DNA of 44,638 bases, from positions 1 through 44,638 of the IMG/VR virus record IMGVR_UViG_3300037692_000212. One strand, 5' to 3'. Positions 17,256-27,072 of the stretch are shown piece after piece. The translations under genes were made by a program, and so were the position numbers. Below the pieces are notes generated by a model. That model did no database searches, was not told the origin of the DNA, and worked only from the letters and a program-made list of their open reading frames with translations. This DNA comes from a virus. Its lineage: Duplodnaviria; Caudoviricetes. Within the stretch, counting starts at the first letter, position 1. Each line of letters opens with the position of its first letter.

Positions 17256-17780
17256 GTGATAGATGTCAAGGTATGTCGGGGTCCGGTTCCTGTACCGATG
17301 ATGGACCGCCTGGAGCCTCGCATAGACATGGGTACTCCAAATGAATGCTGGCCGTGGCTTGGCTATATCATGCCCAATGGGTACGGCAAGTTGACAGTGG
17401 CGGGGATTAGGTCAAACCTTGCTCACAGGCTTGTCTATGAGGAGATGGTGGGTTCCATCCCAGAGGGACTGACGATAGATCACCTTTGTCGCAACCGGTC
17501 TTGCGTCAATCCGAACCACCTCGAGGTAGTGACTCAGGCCGAGAACCTGAACCGATTGCCGATTGTTCACGCCATCAGGGAACTGCAAGTGGCTACAGCT
17601 ACCAAGAGGCGATTGAACCGCACCAGTCGCCACAATAGAGATAAGACTCATTGCCCGCAGGGTCACAGATACGATGAGGAAAATACTCGCACCTATCGCG
17701 ACGGCCGCCGTTGCAAAGAGTGCGACCGGATACGCTCCAGGGTTCGGTACTGGAAGCTAAAGGGGGTGGTCGGCCCATGA
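17256..17780 (+). CDS. HNH homing endonuclease (start uncertain, 17256 or 17298)
   Basis: CWPWLG...NGYG...AHRLVYE...IDHLCRNRSCVNPNHLEVVTQAEN; KTHCPQGH...CKEC. Confidence 0.92.
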   Translation: MIDVKVCRGPVPVPMMDRLEPRIDMGTPNECWPWLGYIMPNGYGKLTVAGIRSNLAHRLVYEEMVGSIPEGLTIDHLCRNRSCVNPNHLEVVTQAENLNRLPIVHAIRELQVATATKRRLNRTSRHNRDKTHCPQGHRYDEENTRTYRDGRRCKECDRIRSRVRYWKLKGVVGP

Positions 17781-18701
17781 AGATTTCTTACGTGGGCAAT
17801 TGACTTCGAACCGTTACACTCCACAGAGAACGACGTCAAAGGCGCTCTCGAAAACTTGGGCCATATCGTCGACCCGTGGCAGGAACAGCACATCGATTGG
17901 CGCCTACTGGCGGACCGCTCCAGTGATTACGATCTGGTGTTGTGGACCCGCACCGGCAGCCTCGACCACTCGGCCGATCATGTCGACGCAATCAAACGCA
18001 TCAAACCGCCACTCGTCGGATTCCACCTGGACCTGTTCTGGGGGTTGAAGGCCCGCTCCGACAGGGAACGGTGGGTACTGGAACTGCCATTCTTCCAACT
18101 CACCGACTGGCTGTTTACAGCCGACGGGGGGCATGATGGCATGTGGCGGCGGGCCGAAGTGAACCATCGCTGGTCACCGCCGGCTGTGGCTGGTAAGCAT
18201 CTTGTAGAGGTCGGTAACCGGCGGGTCGGCTTCAAGGCGCAGGTCGGGTTTGTCGGGTCGTGGCGCAACTACCACCCCGAATGGGCCCACCGCAAACAAC
18301 TGGTGCAATGGCTGAGTCGCAACATTGCGGGCTTTCGCGAGTGGGAGGGCGGTCTACGGGGCCAAGACCTGGCCGACCTGTACGCGACAGTGCCGATCCT
18401 CATCGGTGACTCGTGCATGCTCGGTCCCCGCTACTGGTCTGACCGTATCCCAGAGACACTCGGCCGTGGCGGGTTTCTGCTGCACCCAGAGCAGGAAGGG
18501 CTGCGGGACCATTTCCCGGAGGGCACATTGGTGACCTGGCCGCTCGGCAACTTCGGTGATCTGCGTTGGCTCATCGACTACTACCAGGACCATGAGGGGG
18601 AACGGGCTGACATTGCGAAAGCGGGTAAGGCGTGGGTGGCGCAACATCACACCTACGAGGTACGGTTGCAGTGGGTGCTCGAAACGATAGGGGTTGGGTG
18701 A
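17777..18701 (+). CDS. Glycosyltransferase (CgeB/Glyco_trans_1_2-like GT-B), interrupted by TGA and a +1 shift after codon 8
   Basis: MKISYVGN* then, in the +1 frame, FEPLHSTENDVKGALENLGH...YWSDRIPETLGRGGFLLHP...IAKAG...HHTYEVRL. Confidence 0.8.
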
Positions 18702-19426
18702 TGACTGACACATTGATGAACGGCCGATGGACGCTGAACCTACCCGACCACCGAGCGACACAATGGGCGAACGGCTGGGAGGTGGCACGCCTCAACGACA
18801 TGGCCGACCGGATCAAACCTGGCATGACCATCATCGACGTGGGCGCTGAGGAGGGTGACATGTCGGCCCTGTTCGCCCAATGGGCAGGCCCCGATGGGGC
18901 GATGATCCTCGTCGAACCGGCCGTGGTCAAGTGGCCGGGTATCCGCTACATGTGGGAACACAACGACGGGCTGGCCCCGGTGTACCGGTGGTGGGTCGGG
19001 TTCGCAGCCCGTGACACGTTGTATGAGCCGCCACACATCAATGAACCGTGGCTGCGTGGCTTGGAGCTGCTAGGCTGGCCGTCTGCCGCCTGGCTCGACA
19101 TCAGCCCCGAAGGGCGGTTTCACCACCTCGCCCAAGAAGCCGACGCAATACCACGCACCAGACTCGACGACCTGATGCCCGCCTATCGGCGCGTCGACGT
19201 GATCACCATGGACATTGAAGGTGCGGAACTCGAAGCACTCTACGGCGCCACACGAATCCTTGACGAAGCCCGTCCGATCGTGTGGGTGTCGATCCATCCC
19301 GACTTTATGAGAGACATGTATCATCAACACCCCGACGAGCTGTTCGCGTTGATGGAGTCGCACAAGTACACGTGGGAGGATCTCGGCCGGGACCACGAAT
19401 GGCATGTCAGGTTCGACCCTCGATGA
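18701..19426 (+). CDS. FkbM-family SAM methyltransferase
   Basis: IIDVGAEEG, LVEP, RLDDL, VITMDIEGAELEALYGA. Confidence 0.88.
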   Translation: MTDTLMNGRWTLNLPDHRATQWANGWEVARLNDMADRIKPGMTIIDVGAEEGDMSALFAQWAGPDGAMILVEPAVVKWPGIRYMWEHNDGLAPVYRWWVGFAARDTLYEPPHINEPWLRGLELLGWPSAAWLDISPEGRFHHLAQEADAIPRTRLDDLMPAYRRVDVITMDIEGAELEALYGATRILDEARPIVWVSIHPDFMRDMYHQHPDELFALMESHKYTWEDLGRDHEWHVRFDPR

Positions 19427-20199
19427 AACTGGCCCTGTCGGACGCAGACATAATGTGGACACGCTGCCGCTCCGGGCATATCCGCCACGACCACCAGTTG
19501 ATGACGACCAGCCGCGGCCTGCACCGCGGTCTGGATCTGCCAGACCGCCGGATGATGATTTACGACAGTCGCCGATACATGGACCGCTACGACACGTACT
19601 GCCCGGGCCAGGACATTATCTCCTATGAGATCGATCGCACCGGCATGTGGGAGCAGGCCGAGACTCGCCTGTTTGTCGACCTGCTACGCCACTCGGACGC
19701 TGGTGTCGTGTTGGATCTCGGCTGCCACATCGGATGGTATGCAACGATCGCTGACATGCTCGGCTTCGATGTGATCGGGGTGGACGCTTCCCCCGAGAAC
19801 GTTGAGTTGGCCCGCTGGAATGTGGGACACCCGGACGCTATCCATCTGGGTGTGATCGACGGGACTGTGCCGCCACTGCCCGTTCTCGACATTGCGGTAG
19901 CGAAGATCGACATCGAAGGGGCCGAGCAGCACGCCGTCAACATGCTGGCTCCTGCCCTAGAGGCCAGGACAGTCGAGTATGTGTTGATGGAAATCTCGCC
20001 CGTGTTCAACGACAGCTATCCGAAGATCATGCATCAGATGGCCGAGTGGGGATACGAGGCATACGAGATACCCCTAGCCGCCACACCCGAGGTCGACCTC
20101 CCGCACGTCCGGGCGGCAGGAAGGATCACCGAGGTTGACGTTTGGCTGGCGACCATCGACCAGACAGACGTCCTTTTCATGCCGAAGGAGCCTGTGTGA
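19423..20199 (+). CDS. FkbM-family SAM methyltransferase
   Basis: G.WEQAET, VLDLGCHIGWY, AKIDIEGAE, LMEISP. Confidence 0.88.
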   Translation: MKLALSDADIMWTRCRSGHIRHDHQLMTTSRGLHRGLDLPDRRMMIYDSRRYMDRYDTYCPGQDIISYEIDRTGMWEQAETRLFVDLLRHSDAGVVLDLGCHIGWYATIADMLGFDVIGVDASPENVELARWNVGHPDAIHLGVIDGTVPPLPVLDIAVAKIDIEGAEQHAVNMLAPALEARTVEYVLMEISPVFNDSYPKIMHQMAEWGYEAYEIPLAATPEVDLPHVRAAGRITEVDVWLATIDQTDVLFMPKEPV

Positions 20200-20420
20200 G
20201 CGAGAGATCTCTTGAAGTCACAGAAGAAAACATCGAACGTTTGGCGAGGCTCATGGTGCCTAAGGCCCGACTCGTCGCTTATGACGAAACCTTGTTCGAC
20301 CCCCTACCGCCGGAGGTGCTTGATCGGGTGGTCGCCAGCGTCGTGTATCAGGTTATCTTGGACATGCTGATCGGCGTGAACGATCCTGCCCTATTTGATC
20401 GGTGGGAACGGGAACTATGA
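20196..20420 (+). CDS. Hypothetical protein
   Basis: AAGGAG RBS; GTGA and ATGA overlaps. Confidence 0.6.
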   Translation: MSERSLEVTEENIERLARLMVPKARLVAYDETLFDPLPPEVLDRVVASVVYQVILDMLIGVNDPALFDRWEREL

Positions 20421-21994
20421 ACGTTGACTGGTTGAATCTTCATCCCGGCACTGTGACCCATCCGGGCATGTGGGACGACACGTTCCTGCGGGAACTGCTT
20501 GCCGGTAGGCATGGACCCGTACCAGAAACGGGCCGGGTGGTGGTGGTGCCCGGCCGCTACCATACCGCCGACGTTGACCAAATCAACCAGACATTACGCC
20601 ACTCCCCCACCCTCACCATCATTACCGCAGACGAAGCATCAGAACTGCCTGCCGACCTGCTCCACCCTGACACGCCGGTATGGTGCCAAACGCTTCGACC
20701 GGGTGCATATCAGCGGGGCGTGACACCGTTCCCGCTCGGCTACCCGCCAGACACCCGCGAGTTGATCTCCCAACAGGGCTTCCCGCCACCCGACAAAGAC
20801 ATTTGGTGGTGGTTTTCCGGGCAGATCACCCATGAGCGTAGACGGCAAGCCGCCGACGCGTTGCAGGGACTACCGGGCGGTGAGTTCCATTCGACCGAAG
20901 GATTCACACTCGGACTGCCACGCCCCGCCTATTTGGAGCGGATGAACCGGGCACGCATCATCCCATGCCCATCGGGACCGGAGACACAAGACACGTTCCG
21001 GCTGTGGGAAGCATTGGCGGCCGGGGCGATCCCGCTAGCAGACGCCGCGACGCCCAGCCGCAACGACGGGTATTGGCAGGCGCTCTGCCCCGATGCGCCG
21101 TTCCCGATCGTCGAAGACTGGGGCAAGGTCAGGCCACTCATCGAAGAACTAGCGGCCGGTTGGCCACATACCGGCAACCGGGTCGCTGCATGGTGGAGCC
21201 GCTACCGCCGTCAATGGGCGAAACGGCTTACCGACACTCTGGTAGATCTAGGCTCGCCCCCACTCGACGATGCTGAGTCGAAAGTGACATGTGTGGTTCC
21301 GACGTCGCCGATCCCGTCACACCCCGACACCCGGTTCATCGAGCAGACAGTCGAGTCGATCCGGGACCAATGGCCACAGGTCGACATTCGTATCATGGTC
21401 GACGGGGTCCGACCCGAACAGTGGCACCAGACCGGCGACTACCAAGAGTACACGCGGCGTGTCCTGTGGCTTGCCGAGCATCAATGGTGGAACGTCACAG
21501 TCACCGTCCACGATGCGCATATGCATCAGGCGGCGATGATGGCCCACGAGCTCGAAACTATCTCGACACCACTGATACTGTTCGTCGAACATGACACACC
21601 GTTGATGGGGGAATGGCCACGCGACCAGTTAGTGGAGGCTGCGCTACTACCGGAAGTGGATCTACTCAGGTTGAACCATGAGCACCAGATCCACCCGGAA
21701 CACCGGCACCTACTGGCGGACGACCAAACCTATACCTTGGCCGGGTTGCCGGCAGTGAAGACACGGCAGTGGTCGCAACGGCCGCACCTAGCCAAAACAG
21801 CCCGCTATCGGGAATGGCTCAACGACTGGTTCAAACCGACCGAACGCACCATGATCGAGGACCGGATGCATTCAGTGGCGCAACGGTTTTCGTGGGGTCG
21901 CCACCGCATCTGGCTATACACCCCGGACGGGAATCAGCAACGGTCTTGGCACAGCGACGCTAGGGAAAGGGACATCAAATGGCCGAACAATTGA
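20417..21994 (+). CDS. Two-domain glycosyltransferase (exostosin/GT47-like plus GT-A/GT2-like)
   Basis: WFSGQ..H.RR, YLERM....IIPCPSG....TFRLWEALAAGAIP; then VTCVVPTSP, IMVDG, LFVEHD. Confidence 0.82.
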   Translation: MNVDWLNLHPGTVTHPGMWDDTFLRELLAGRHGPVPETGRVVVVPGRYHTADVDQINQTLRHSPTLTIITADEASELPADLLHPDTPVWCQTLRPGAYQRGVTPFPLGYPPDTRELISQQGFPPPDKDIWWWFSGQITHERRRQAADALQGLPGGEFHSTEGFTLGLPRPAYLERMNRARIIPCPSGPETQDTFRLWEALAAGAIPLADAATPSRNDGYWQALCPDAPFPIVEDWGKVRPLIEELAAGWPHTGNRVAAWWSRYRRQWAKRLTDTLVDLGSPPLDDAESKVTCVVPTSPIPSHPDTRFIEQTVESIRDQWPQVDIRIMVDGVRPEQWHQTGDYQEYTRRVLWLAEHQWWNVTVTVHDAHMHQAAMMAHELETISTPLILFVEHDTPLMGEWPRDQLVEAALLPEVDLLRLNHEHQIHPEHRHLLADDQTYTLAGLPAVKTRQWSQRPHLAKTARYREWLNDWFKPTERTMIEDRMHSVAQRFSWGRHRIWLYTPDGNQQRSWHSDARERDIKWPNN

Positions 21995-22947
21995 GGGTCG
22001 GGTGTATCGCCCGCATCGACGAAACCGGCCTAGGTAACCAGGCGCTCGAGTTCGTCCGTCACATGCACCCAGCGGTTGTGGTCGCTGTCGACTTCTCGCG
22101 CCTCCCCGACGCCATGACCCAGCATCGTGGCCGTTTCCCCGACTCCACTTTGACGACTTGGAGAGGGGTCGGGTTTCACTTCGACAACCCGGCAGCGTTG
22201 GAGCAGCTTGCCACGTGTGACGTCATCTTCTCGATCGAAACGTTCTACGACCAGCGTGTCGCACAGCTCCCGGTGCCGTCGATCTTGTATGTCAACCCTG
22301 AACTGTTCCGTGGCTACGGTGCCCCCACCTATTGGGCACCGACGTCGTGGCTGCTCGACCAGCTACCGAACGGTACGAGGGTGATGCCGTGGCCTGTCGC
22401 CACTGATCGGCCGTATCGGCGAGGCACCGGACTGTTGCATGTTGCGGGTAGGAACGCGTCGTATGATCGCAACGGGACAGTTCCGGCAGCGGAGGCGGCG
22501 AGACGGACGGGCCAGATGTTGAACGTGATGCACCAGTCTGCTGATCTGCCGTCGATCAAAGGCATTAGACGGATGGGCACCGTCGACAGTTATTGGGACC
22601 TGTACGCATACGGGTCGGTGTTGGTGATGCCCCGCCGCTACGGCGGCATGTGCCTCCCGGTGCAAGAAGCACTCGCGGCTGGCCTGCCGGTGGTAATGAC
22701 TGATACGGAGCCGAACCGGGACTGGCCGGTCCGGTTGGTGAAAGCCACCGCTGGGAAGGTGCGTACGGTCGCGTCCTATCCGATCCCGACAGCCGACGTC
22801 GATATCGACGCTCTGGTGGATGCGCTGCGGGACATTGACAGATGGGCCGAAGCGAACCGGGCCGCACAGGCCGATTGGGTCGCGGCGCACTCGTGGGACA
22901 CACTCCTACCCGTATGGCAGCAAGCCTTGAAGGAGGCAGCGAAATGA
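21979..22947 (+). CDS. GT-B (GT4-like) glycosyltransferase
   Basis: TGLGNQ, LHVAG...DRNGT, LVMPRRYGGMCLPVQEALAAGLPVVMTD, HSW. Confidence 0.88.
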   Translation: MAEQLRVGCIARIDETGLGNQALEFVRHMHPAVVVAVDFSRLPDAMTQHRGRFPDSTLTTWRGVGFHFDNPAALEQLATCDVIFSIETFYDQRVAQLPVPSILYVNPELFRGYGAPTYWAPTSWLLDQLPNGTRVMPWPVATDRPYRRGTGLLHVAGRNASYDRNGTVPAAEAARRTGQMLNVMHQSADLPSIKGIRRMGTVDSYWDLYAYGSVLVMPRRYGGMCLPVQEALAAGLPVVMTDTEPNRDWPVRLVKATAGKVRTVASYPIPTADVDIDALVDALRDIDRWAEANRAAQADWVAAHSWDTLLPVWQQALKEAAK

Positions 22948-23186
22948 TCGGAAGAAACGGACCGAGCACAGGACCACGAAAAGCCGAGATCAGAGTGGAA
23001 CCCCTATGTGACTGGTGCCTCCTTGAACTATACATTTCAAGATCGGATCTTGTAGACGAGGGAGAGGGCGCGCTTCGGTACGACTGTCCGAGATGTGAGG
23101 ATTCGCAGTGGTATAACGACGATTTGGTGCGGATGTACCGCAATAAATGCTCCGAGGGATGGGGTCCGATGGGAAGCAGTGAATGA
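22944..23186 (+). CDS. Small zinc-ribbon-like protein
   Basis: CDWC...CPRC; GGAGG RBS. Confidence 0.55.
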   Translation: MIGRNGPSTGPRKAEIRVEPLCDWCLLELYISRSDLVDEGEGALRYDCPRCEDSQWYNDDLVRMYRNKCSEGWGPMGSSE

Positions 23187-23204
23187 CAGACATCAGAATG
23201 AAAC

Positions 23205-24059
23205 ATGATTGGGTTCGCTAGTCAGTCTCATTACCGGGACCACTTGGAGCCGCTCGGCTATCCATTCACAGACACGGCCGTGAAGCAGACTCCGCATGTG
23301 GTGGCGTCACGCAAAGACGCCCGACAGTTGGAGGCACGCGGCTGCCCGGTTGCGTTGGTGGAGCACGGGGCAGGGCAGCGTTACCATATCGACGCTGGCG
23401 GCCCCGATTCGTCACATCCGAACGTTGAGCTGTTCCTTGCCCCGTCGCAGCGGGTCGCTGACCAGTCGGCGCACCTGTTTCCGAATGCCGAGACGGTGGT
23501 GGTCGGATCACCCCGGCTTGAACACCTCGCCTCGCTGGATCGCCCCCCGTCGAAAGTGATCCTGGCGTTTCATTGGGTGTCGACTATCTGCCCTGAGGCC
23601 GGGTCGGCATGGACCCACTATCAACGGGCCCTGTCTCTACTCGGCCGGTTCGATGTGGTCGGGCACGCCCACCCGAAGATGCTGTCCAAGTTGCGCACCT
23701 GGTACAAGCAGGCTGATATCCCGGTGGAGCCGGACTGGCGAGAGTGTGTGAAACAGGCTGCCGTGTTGGTGTGCGACAACTCGTCGATCATGTGGGAAGC
23801 GTGCGCCCTCGACATTCCGGTGGTGGTGTTGAATGCACCATGGTTTCGCCGGGACGTCGACTTCGGGTTGAGGTTCTGGGAGTTCGCGGACATTGGTCCG
23901 CAAGTGGAGCAGCCCCGAGACCTACCCTGCGCTATCGAGGCGGTACTGACCGGTGATGTGTGGGCCGACCGTAGGCGCGAAGCCGCAGCCTATGTGTATG
24001 AGCGTATCGACGGATCGATCGCAGCGGCAAGGGAAGCAGTCGAGCGTTGGCGGGTCTAG
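23205..24059 (+). CDS. GT-B fold transferase (TagF/KpsS-like)
   Basis: EHGAG, VVGSPRL, HAHP, VLVCDNSSIMWEACALDIPVVVLN. Confidence 0.78.
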   Translation: MIGFASQSHYRDHLEPLGYPFTDTAVKQTPHVVASRKDARQLEARGCPVALVEHGAGQRYHIDAGGPDSSHPNVELFLAPSQRVADQSAHLFPNAETVVVGSPRLEHLASLDRPPSKVILAFHWVSTICPEAGSAWTHYQRALSLLGRFDVVGHAHPKMLSKLRTWYKQADIPVEPDWRECVKQAAVLVCDNSSIMWEACALDIPVVVLNAPWFRRDVDFGLRFWEFADIGPQVEQPRDLPCAIEAVLTGDVWADRRREAAAYVYERIDGSIAAAREAVERWRV

Positions 24060-24094
24060 CCCGAATTTCGCGACCCTGCTGGTAGCATCCCACT

Positions 24095-25018
24095 ATGACC
24101 ACAAGATCACCCCGCTACGATCTCGACGCAGCGGCCCCGCAACGATGGCGCATCGGACTCTTCGAGGGCGCCGGAGCTGTACCCCTTACAGCTGAGGCTT
24201 TAAACCGGCTCGTTGGCGGAATCGAATATGTGCCCCTCGACCCTGGCGTGACTCTCAACAACGCGTCGTTTGACCCGTGCGACTATACGACACTGAACGG
24301 TGAAGCTGTCGCCGATAACGACGAATGCGGCATCCAATGGAACGCGTGGGGTATCGCCCTCGGCGAAGAGATATCGACGTTGAACGGCGACGACGGCCGT
24401 CTCGAAGATGTCGAAGCGCGTGCCCGTGCCCGCATGGAAGCCCAAACGTCTTATCTCGGTGAGTACACGTTCTGGTCCGGGAATGTGGGCACCACCGACT
24501 TCGCCACCTTGACATGGCCCAACATTGCCCTCACCGACGACACCTCAGCGGCAGCCAACTTCACCGACTTGACCCCAACAGACGGGGAAGCCGGACCGGT
24601 TGAGGCGTTCGGGTTGATCAACGAATACTTGTCAGACACACTACGCGGGTTGCGGGGCATGATCCACGTATCACCCCAAACTCTCCCCTACCTGTCGAAC
24701 TATCGCCTGGCGGTCCGTGACGGGTTCGTATTGGGCACCACACTCGGTGACCACATCATCGTTGCAGGCTCCGGCTATCAAGGCACCGGCCCCGGCAACG
24801 AAGCCCAACCCAACAACCGCACCTGGATTTACGCCACTTCAATGGTGCGGGTCGGTGCCTCCGCCATTGAAGTCCGTTCCGCATATGACCGAGCCAACAA
24901 CCAAGCTAAAGCAATCGCCTTCCGTACCGTCCTCGCAGAATGGGACCTAGTCGCCCATGCAGGCGTCAGGGTCTGCCTCACCGACCCGGGCCCAACCTGT
25001 GCTGACGCTGGAAGCTAA
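24095..25018 (+). CDS. Second capsid protein (major capsid pentamer-type)
   Basis: GGIEY, RARARM...E..FW, GMIHV, T.LG..IVAGSGY, WIYAT..V, NN...A.A.R: pattern of actinophage pentamer proteins; precedes the tail tube. Confidence 0.72.
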   Translation: MTTRSPRYDLDAAAPQRWRIGLFEGAGAVPLTAEALNRLVGGIEYVPLDPGVTLNNASFDPCDYTTLNGEAVADNDECGIQWNAWGIALGEEISTLNGDDGRLEDVEARARARMEAQTSYLGEYTFWSGNVGTTDFATLTWPNIALTDDTSAAANFTDLTPTDGEAGPVEAFGLINEYLSDTLRGLRGMIHVSPQTLPYLSNYRLAVRDGFVLGTTLGDHIIVAGSGYQGTGPGNEAQPNNRTWIYATSMVRVGASAIEVRSAYDRANNQAKAIAFRTVLAEWDLVAHAGVRVCLTDPGPTCADAGS

Positions 25019-25044
25019 TGAGAAACACCAACTAGGAGGCCAAC

Positions 25045-25749
25045 ATGCCTACAACCACACTACCCGGATGCTACGGGGCGCGTGACCTGGTGGCCATCAG
25101 GGCCTCCCGGTTGAACGCCGACGGCACCCGCATATGCCCGAACGAGGACGGCTCCGCCTTTATGGTCGGAGGCCCTATCAGCTTCAGTGTGACCCGCACC
25201 GTCGATGCTGGAGCGACCGACACGCAACGTGACGGCGCCGGAAACGTGTGCAACACAAACACGACCCCCGACGTTGTTACCGGGATCGGCGGCACCCTGC
25301 TGTTGTGCAAACTCGACTTTCAAATGATCGAGATCCTCACCGGCGGGCGTCTCCTCGTCTCCGGCGGGGTCGCCTACGGCTACGAGGAAGCAGATCCGGG
25401 TGACACGCCCCCCGCGGTCGAGTTCCACTGGTGGACGAAAGCATGGGGTGCTAGCGGTCAGGCCGCCTCCCCGTACTCATACATCCACCACGTCGCACCG
25501 TATACGCAGTGGCGGTTGGGTGACGAGACATTCGACAACAACGCCCTCGAGGTACCGTTGACGTTCAAGGGTCAGTCCAACACGTCCATTGTGATCGGTT
25601 CGTTCGATGACATCCCGCTCGATGCGCAGGGTGACGGGTTCACTGCCCGCTGGTTCGCCACTGACGTGCCGGACGCTGACGCTGCACCGTACAATGAGAA
25701 TGCGTTGACGTGCGGCTATGTCGACACACCGAGCTGCTCGTCCTCTTAG
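25045..25749 (+). CDS. Major tail (tube) protein
   Basis: IRASRL..DG, G..C, L.LC..D....EILTG, E..WTKA, F.N; AGGAGG RBS. Confidence 0.8.
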   Translation: MPTTTLPGCYGARDLVAIRASRLNADGTRICPNEDGSAFMVGGPISFSVTRTVDAGATDTQRDGAGNVCNTNTTPDVVTGIGGTLLLCKLDFQMIEILTGGRLLVSGGVAYGYEEADPGDTPPAVEFHWWTKAWGASGQAASPYSYIHHVAPYTQWRLGDETFDNNALEVPLTFKGQSNTSIVIGSFDDIPLDAQGDGFTARWFATDVPDADAAPYNENALTCGYVDTPSCSSS

Positions 25750-25762
25750 TCACAAAAAGGCT

Positions 25763-25790
25763 TGTAAATACGGGGGATATTGGGTAAGGT
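25763..25790 (+). promoter_or_regulatory. Promoter for a leaderless HNH transcript
   Basis: TTGTAA...TAAGGT, 6 nt before ATG 25797. Confidence 0.5.
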
Positions 25791-25796
25791 GCTTTC

Positions 25797-26453
25797 ATGG
25801 CACCTTTACCTATTGTCCTGTGGGACAACACGCAGTATCAGTCACAGCTCCGAGACAAGGTTCTCTGCAACATTGTCAAGTACGACGGAGGGGAAGGCTG
25901 TTGGGAATGGCAAGGCTCTAAGGGGCATTGGGGACACGGACAGGTTCAAGTTCGGGAAACGGCGCATCGAAACCGTAAGGTCATGGTGCATCGACTCATG
26001 TGGTACTGGGAGCATGGAGACACTGAGAAGGTGTTGGATCACCTTTGTGGGAACCCGCCGTGCTGTAACCCTCTGCATCTGCAACCGGTCACCCAACGAA
26101 CCAACACGCTTCGAGGCGACGCGCCAGTGGCTGCAAAGGCTCAGCAGACACACTGTGTCAATGGCCATCCCCTGTATGGGGAGAACATGTTTATGGATCA
26201 GGGTCGGCGCCGGTGTCGGGCGTGTAGCCAGCAGCGGTCTCGAGAGTGGAAGGAACGTAACGACTATGGACGTAGTGGGGCGGGGACTCGCAAGTATCGG
26301 TCGGCGAAGTCGGGGTTGAAGACGCATTGTGTCAATGGGCATGAGTGGGTGCCGGAGAACATCACATATCGCAAGTCGGGGCGGGGCGAGTGTCGGGTGT
26401 GTCACCGGTTGCGGCAGCGGGCCAGGTATCGGCGTGAGACTGGTTTCGGCTAG
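25797..26453 (+). CDS. HNH homing endonuclease with duplicated THCVNGH zinc module
   Basis: CWEWQG, VHRL, LDHLCGNPPCCNPLHLQPVTQRTN; two THCVNGH...CRxC modules. Confidence 0.92.
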   Translation: MAPLPIVLWDNTQYQSQLRDKVLCNIVKYDGGEGCWEWQGSKGHWGHGQVQVRETAHRNRKVMVHRLMWYWEHGDTEKVLDHLCGNPPCCNPLHLQPVTQRTNTLRGDAPVAAKAQQTHCVNGHPLYGENMFMDQGRRRCRACSQQRSREWKERNDYGRSGAGTRKYRSAKSGLKTHCVNGHEWVPENITYRKSGRGECRVCHRLRQRARYRRETGFG

Positions 26454-26473
26454 TCGGCTGGTACTATCGCTGT

Positions 26474-26812
26474 ATGGCTGAAGGAATCATCCTCAAGCAC
26501 GACAGTCTGAGCAACCAGTTGTGGGTGGTTGAGAACCCGGCGCGCCCATTCAGCGACGGTGGCTATGACTGCAACCTGTGTGTCGGGGTGCACCATGTCG
26601 GTAAGACAACACATTTGTGGCTGGAGCCGAACGGGTGCTGCATCGTGTCGCCGGGTGTGTTGGACGAGCTGCGGCGGGCCGGGATGCCATCTCTCACAGT
26701 GGTCGGTCACGTGGCGGCTCCGCCACCGTTGCGGATCGGCCGCAAATCCGATAGGCAGCGGATTGACAATGAGAACCGTAAGATGTGGCTGCCCCAGATG
26801 ATTGGAGTTTGA
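26474..26812 (+). CDS. Hypothetical protein (CNLC...H..KT.HL)
   Basis: ORF with TGG-TACTAT 6 nt upstream. Confidence 0.65.
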   Translation: MAEGIILKHDSLSNQLWVVENPARPFSDGGYDCNLCVGVHHVGKTTHLWLEPNGCCIVSPGVLDELRRAGMPSLTVVGHVAAPPPLRIGRKSDRQRIDNENRKMWLPQMIGV

Positions 26813-26814
26813 CG

Positions 26815-27072
26815 ATGGTGACGAAGGAAGATATCGACGCTGCGTTAGCTGCCGACGAGACAGCGGCCGCTGATTTGCGGGCAGCCCGCGACGCCAAACA
26901 GAAGATGCTCACCGACGGCGGCGGCACGGTCGCTGAGGTGGCTGCCGTGTCGGCCGAGATCGTGGCGCTCCGTAGCGTCTACGACGGGACACATGCAGCG
27001 TGGGCAGAGCTCCGCCGCCAGTATCTGGCCGATAAGGGCGCTGAGGCAGCCCGAGTGATCGGAGGCAGATAG
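26815..27072 (+). CDS. Hypothetical helical protein
   Basis: GGAG RBS. Confidence 0.6.
   Translation: MVTKEDIDAALAADETAAADLRAARDAKQKMLTDGGGTVAEVAAVSAEIVALRSVYDGTHAAWAELRRQYLADKGAEAARVIGGR

Noticed and set aside
18701-20199. Methyltransferases as DNA methylases
   Set aside because: They show FkbM motifs (D(V/L)G, (K/M)xDIEGAE) and lack DPPY/NPPY or PC catalytic motifs.
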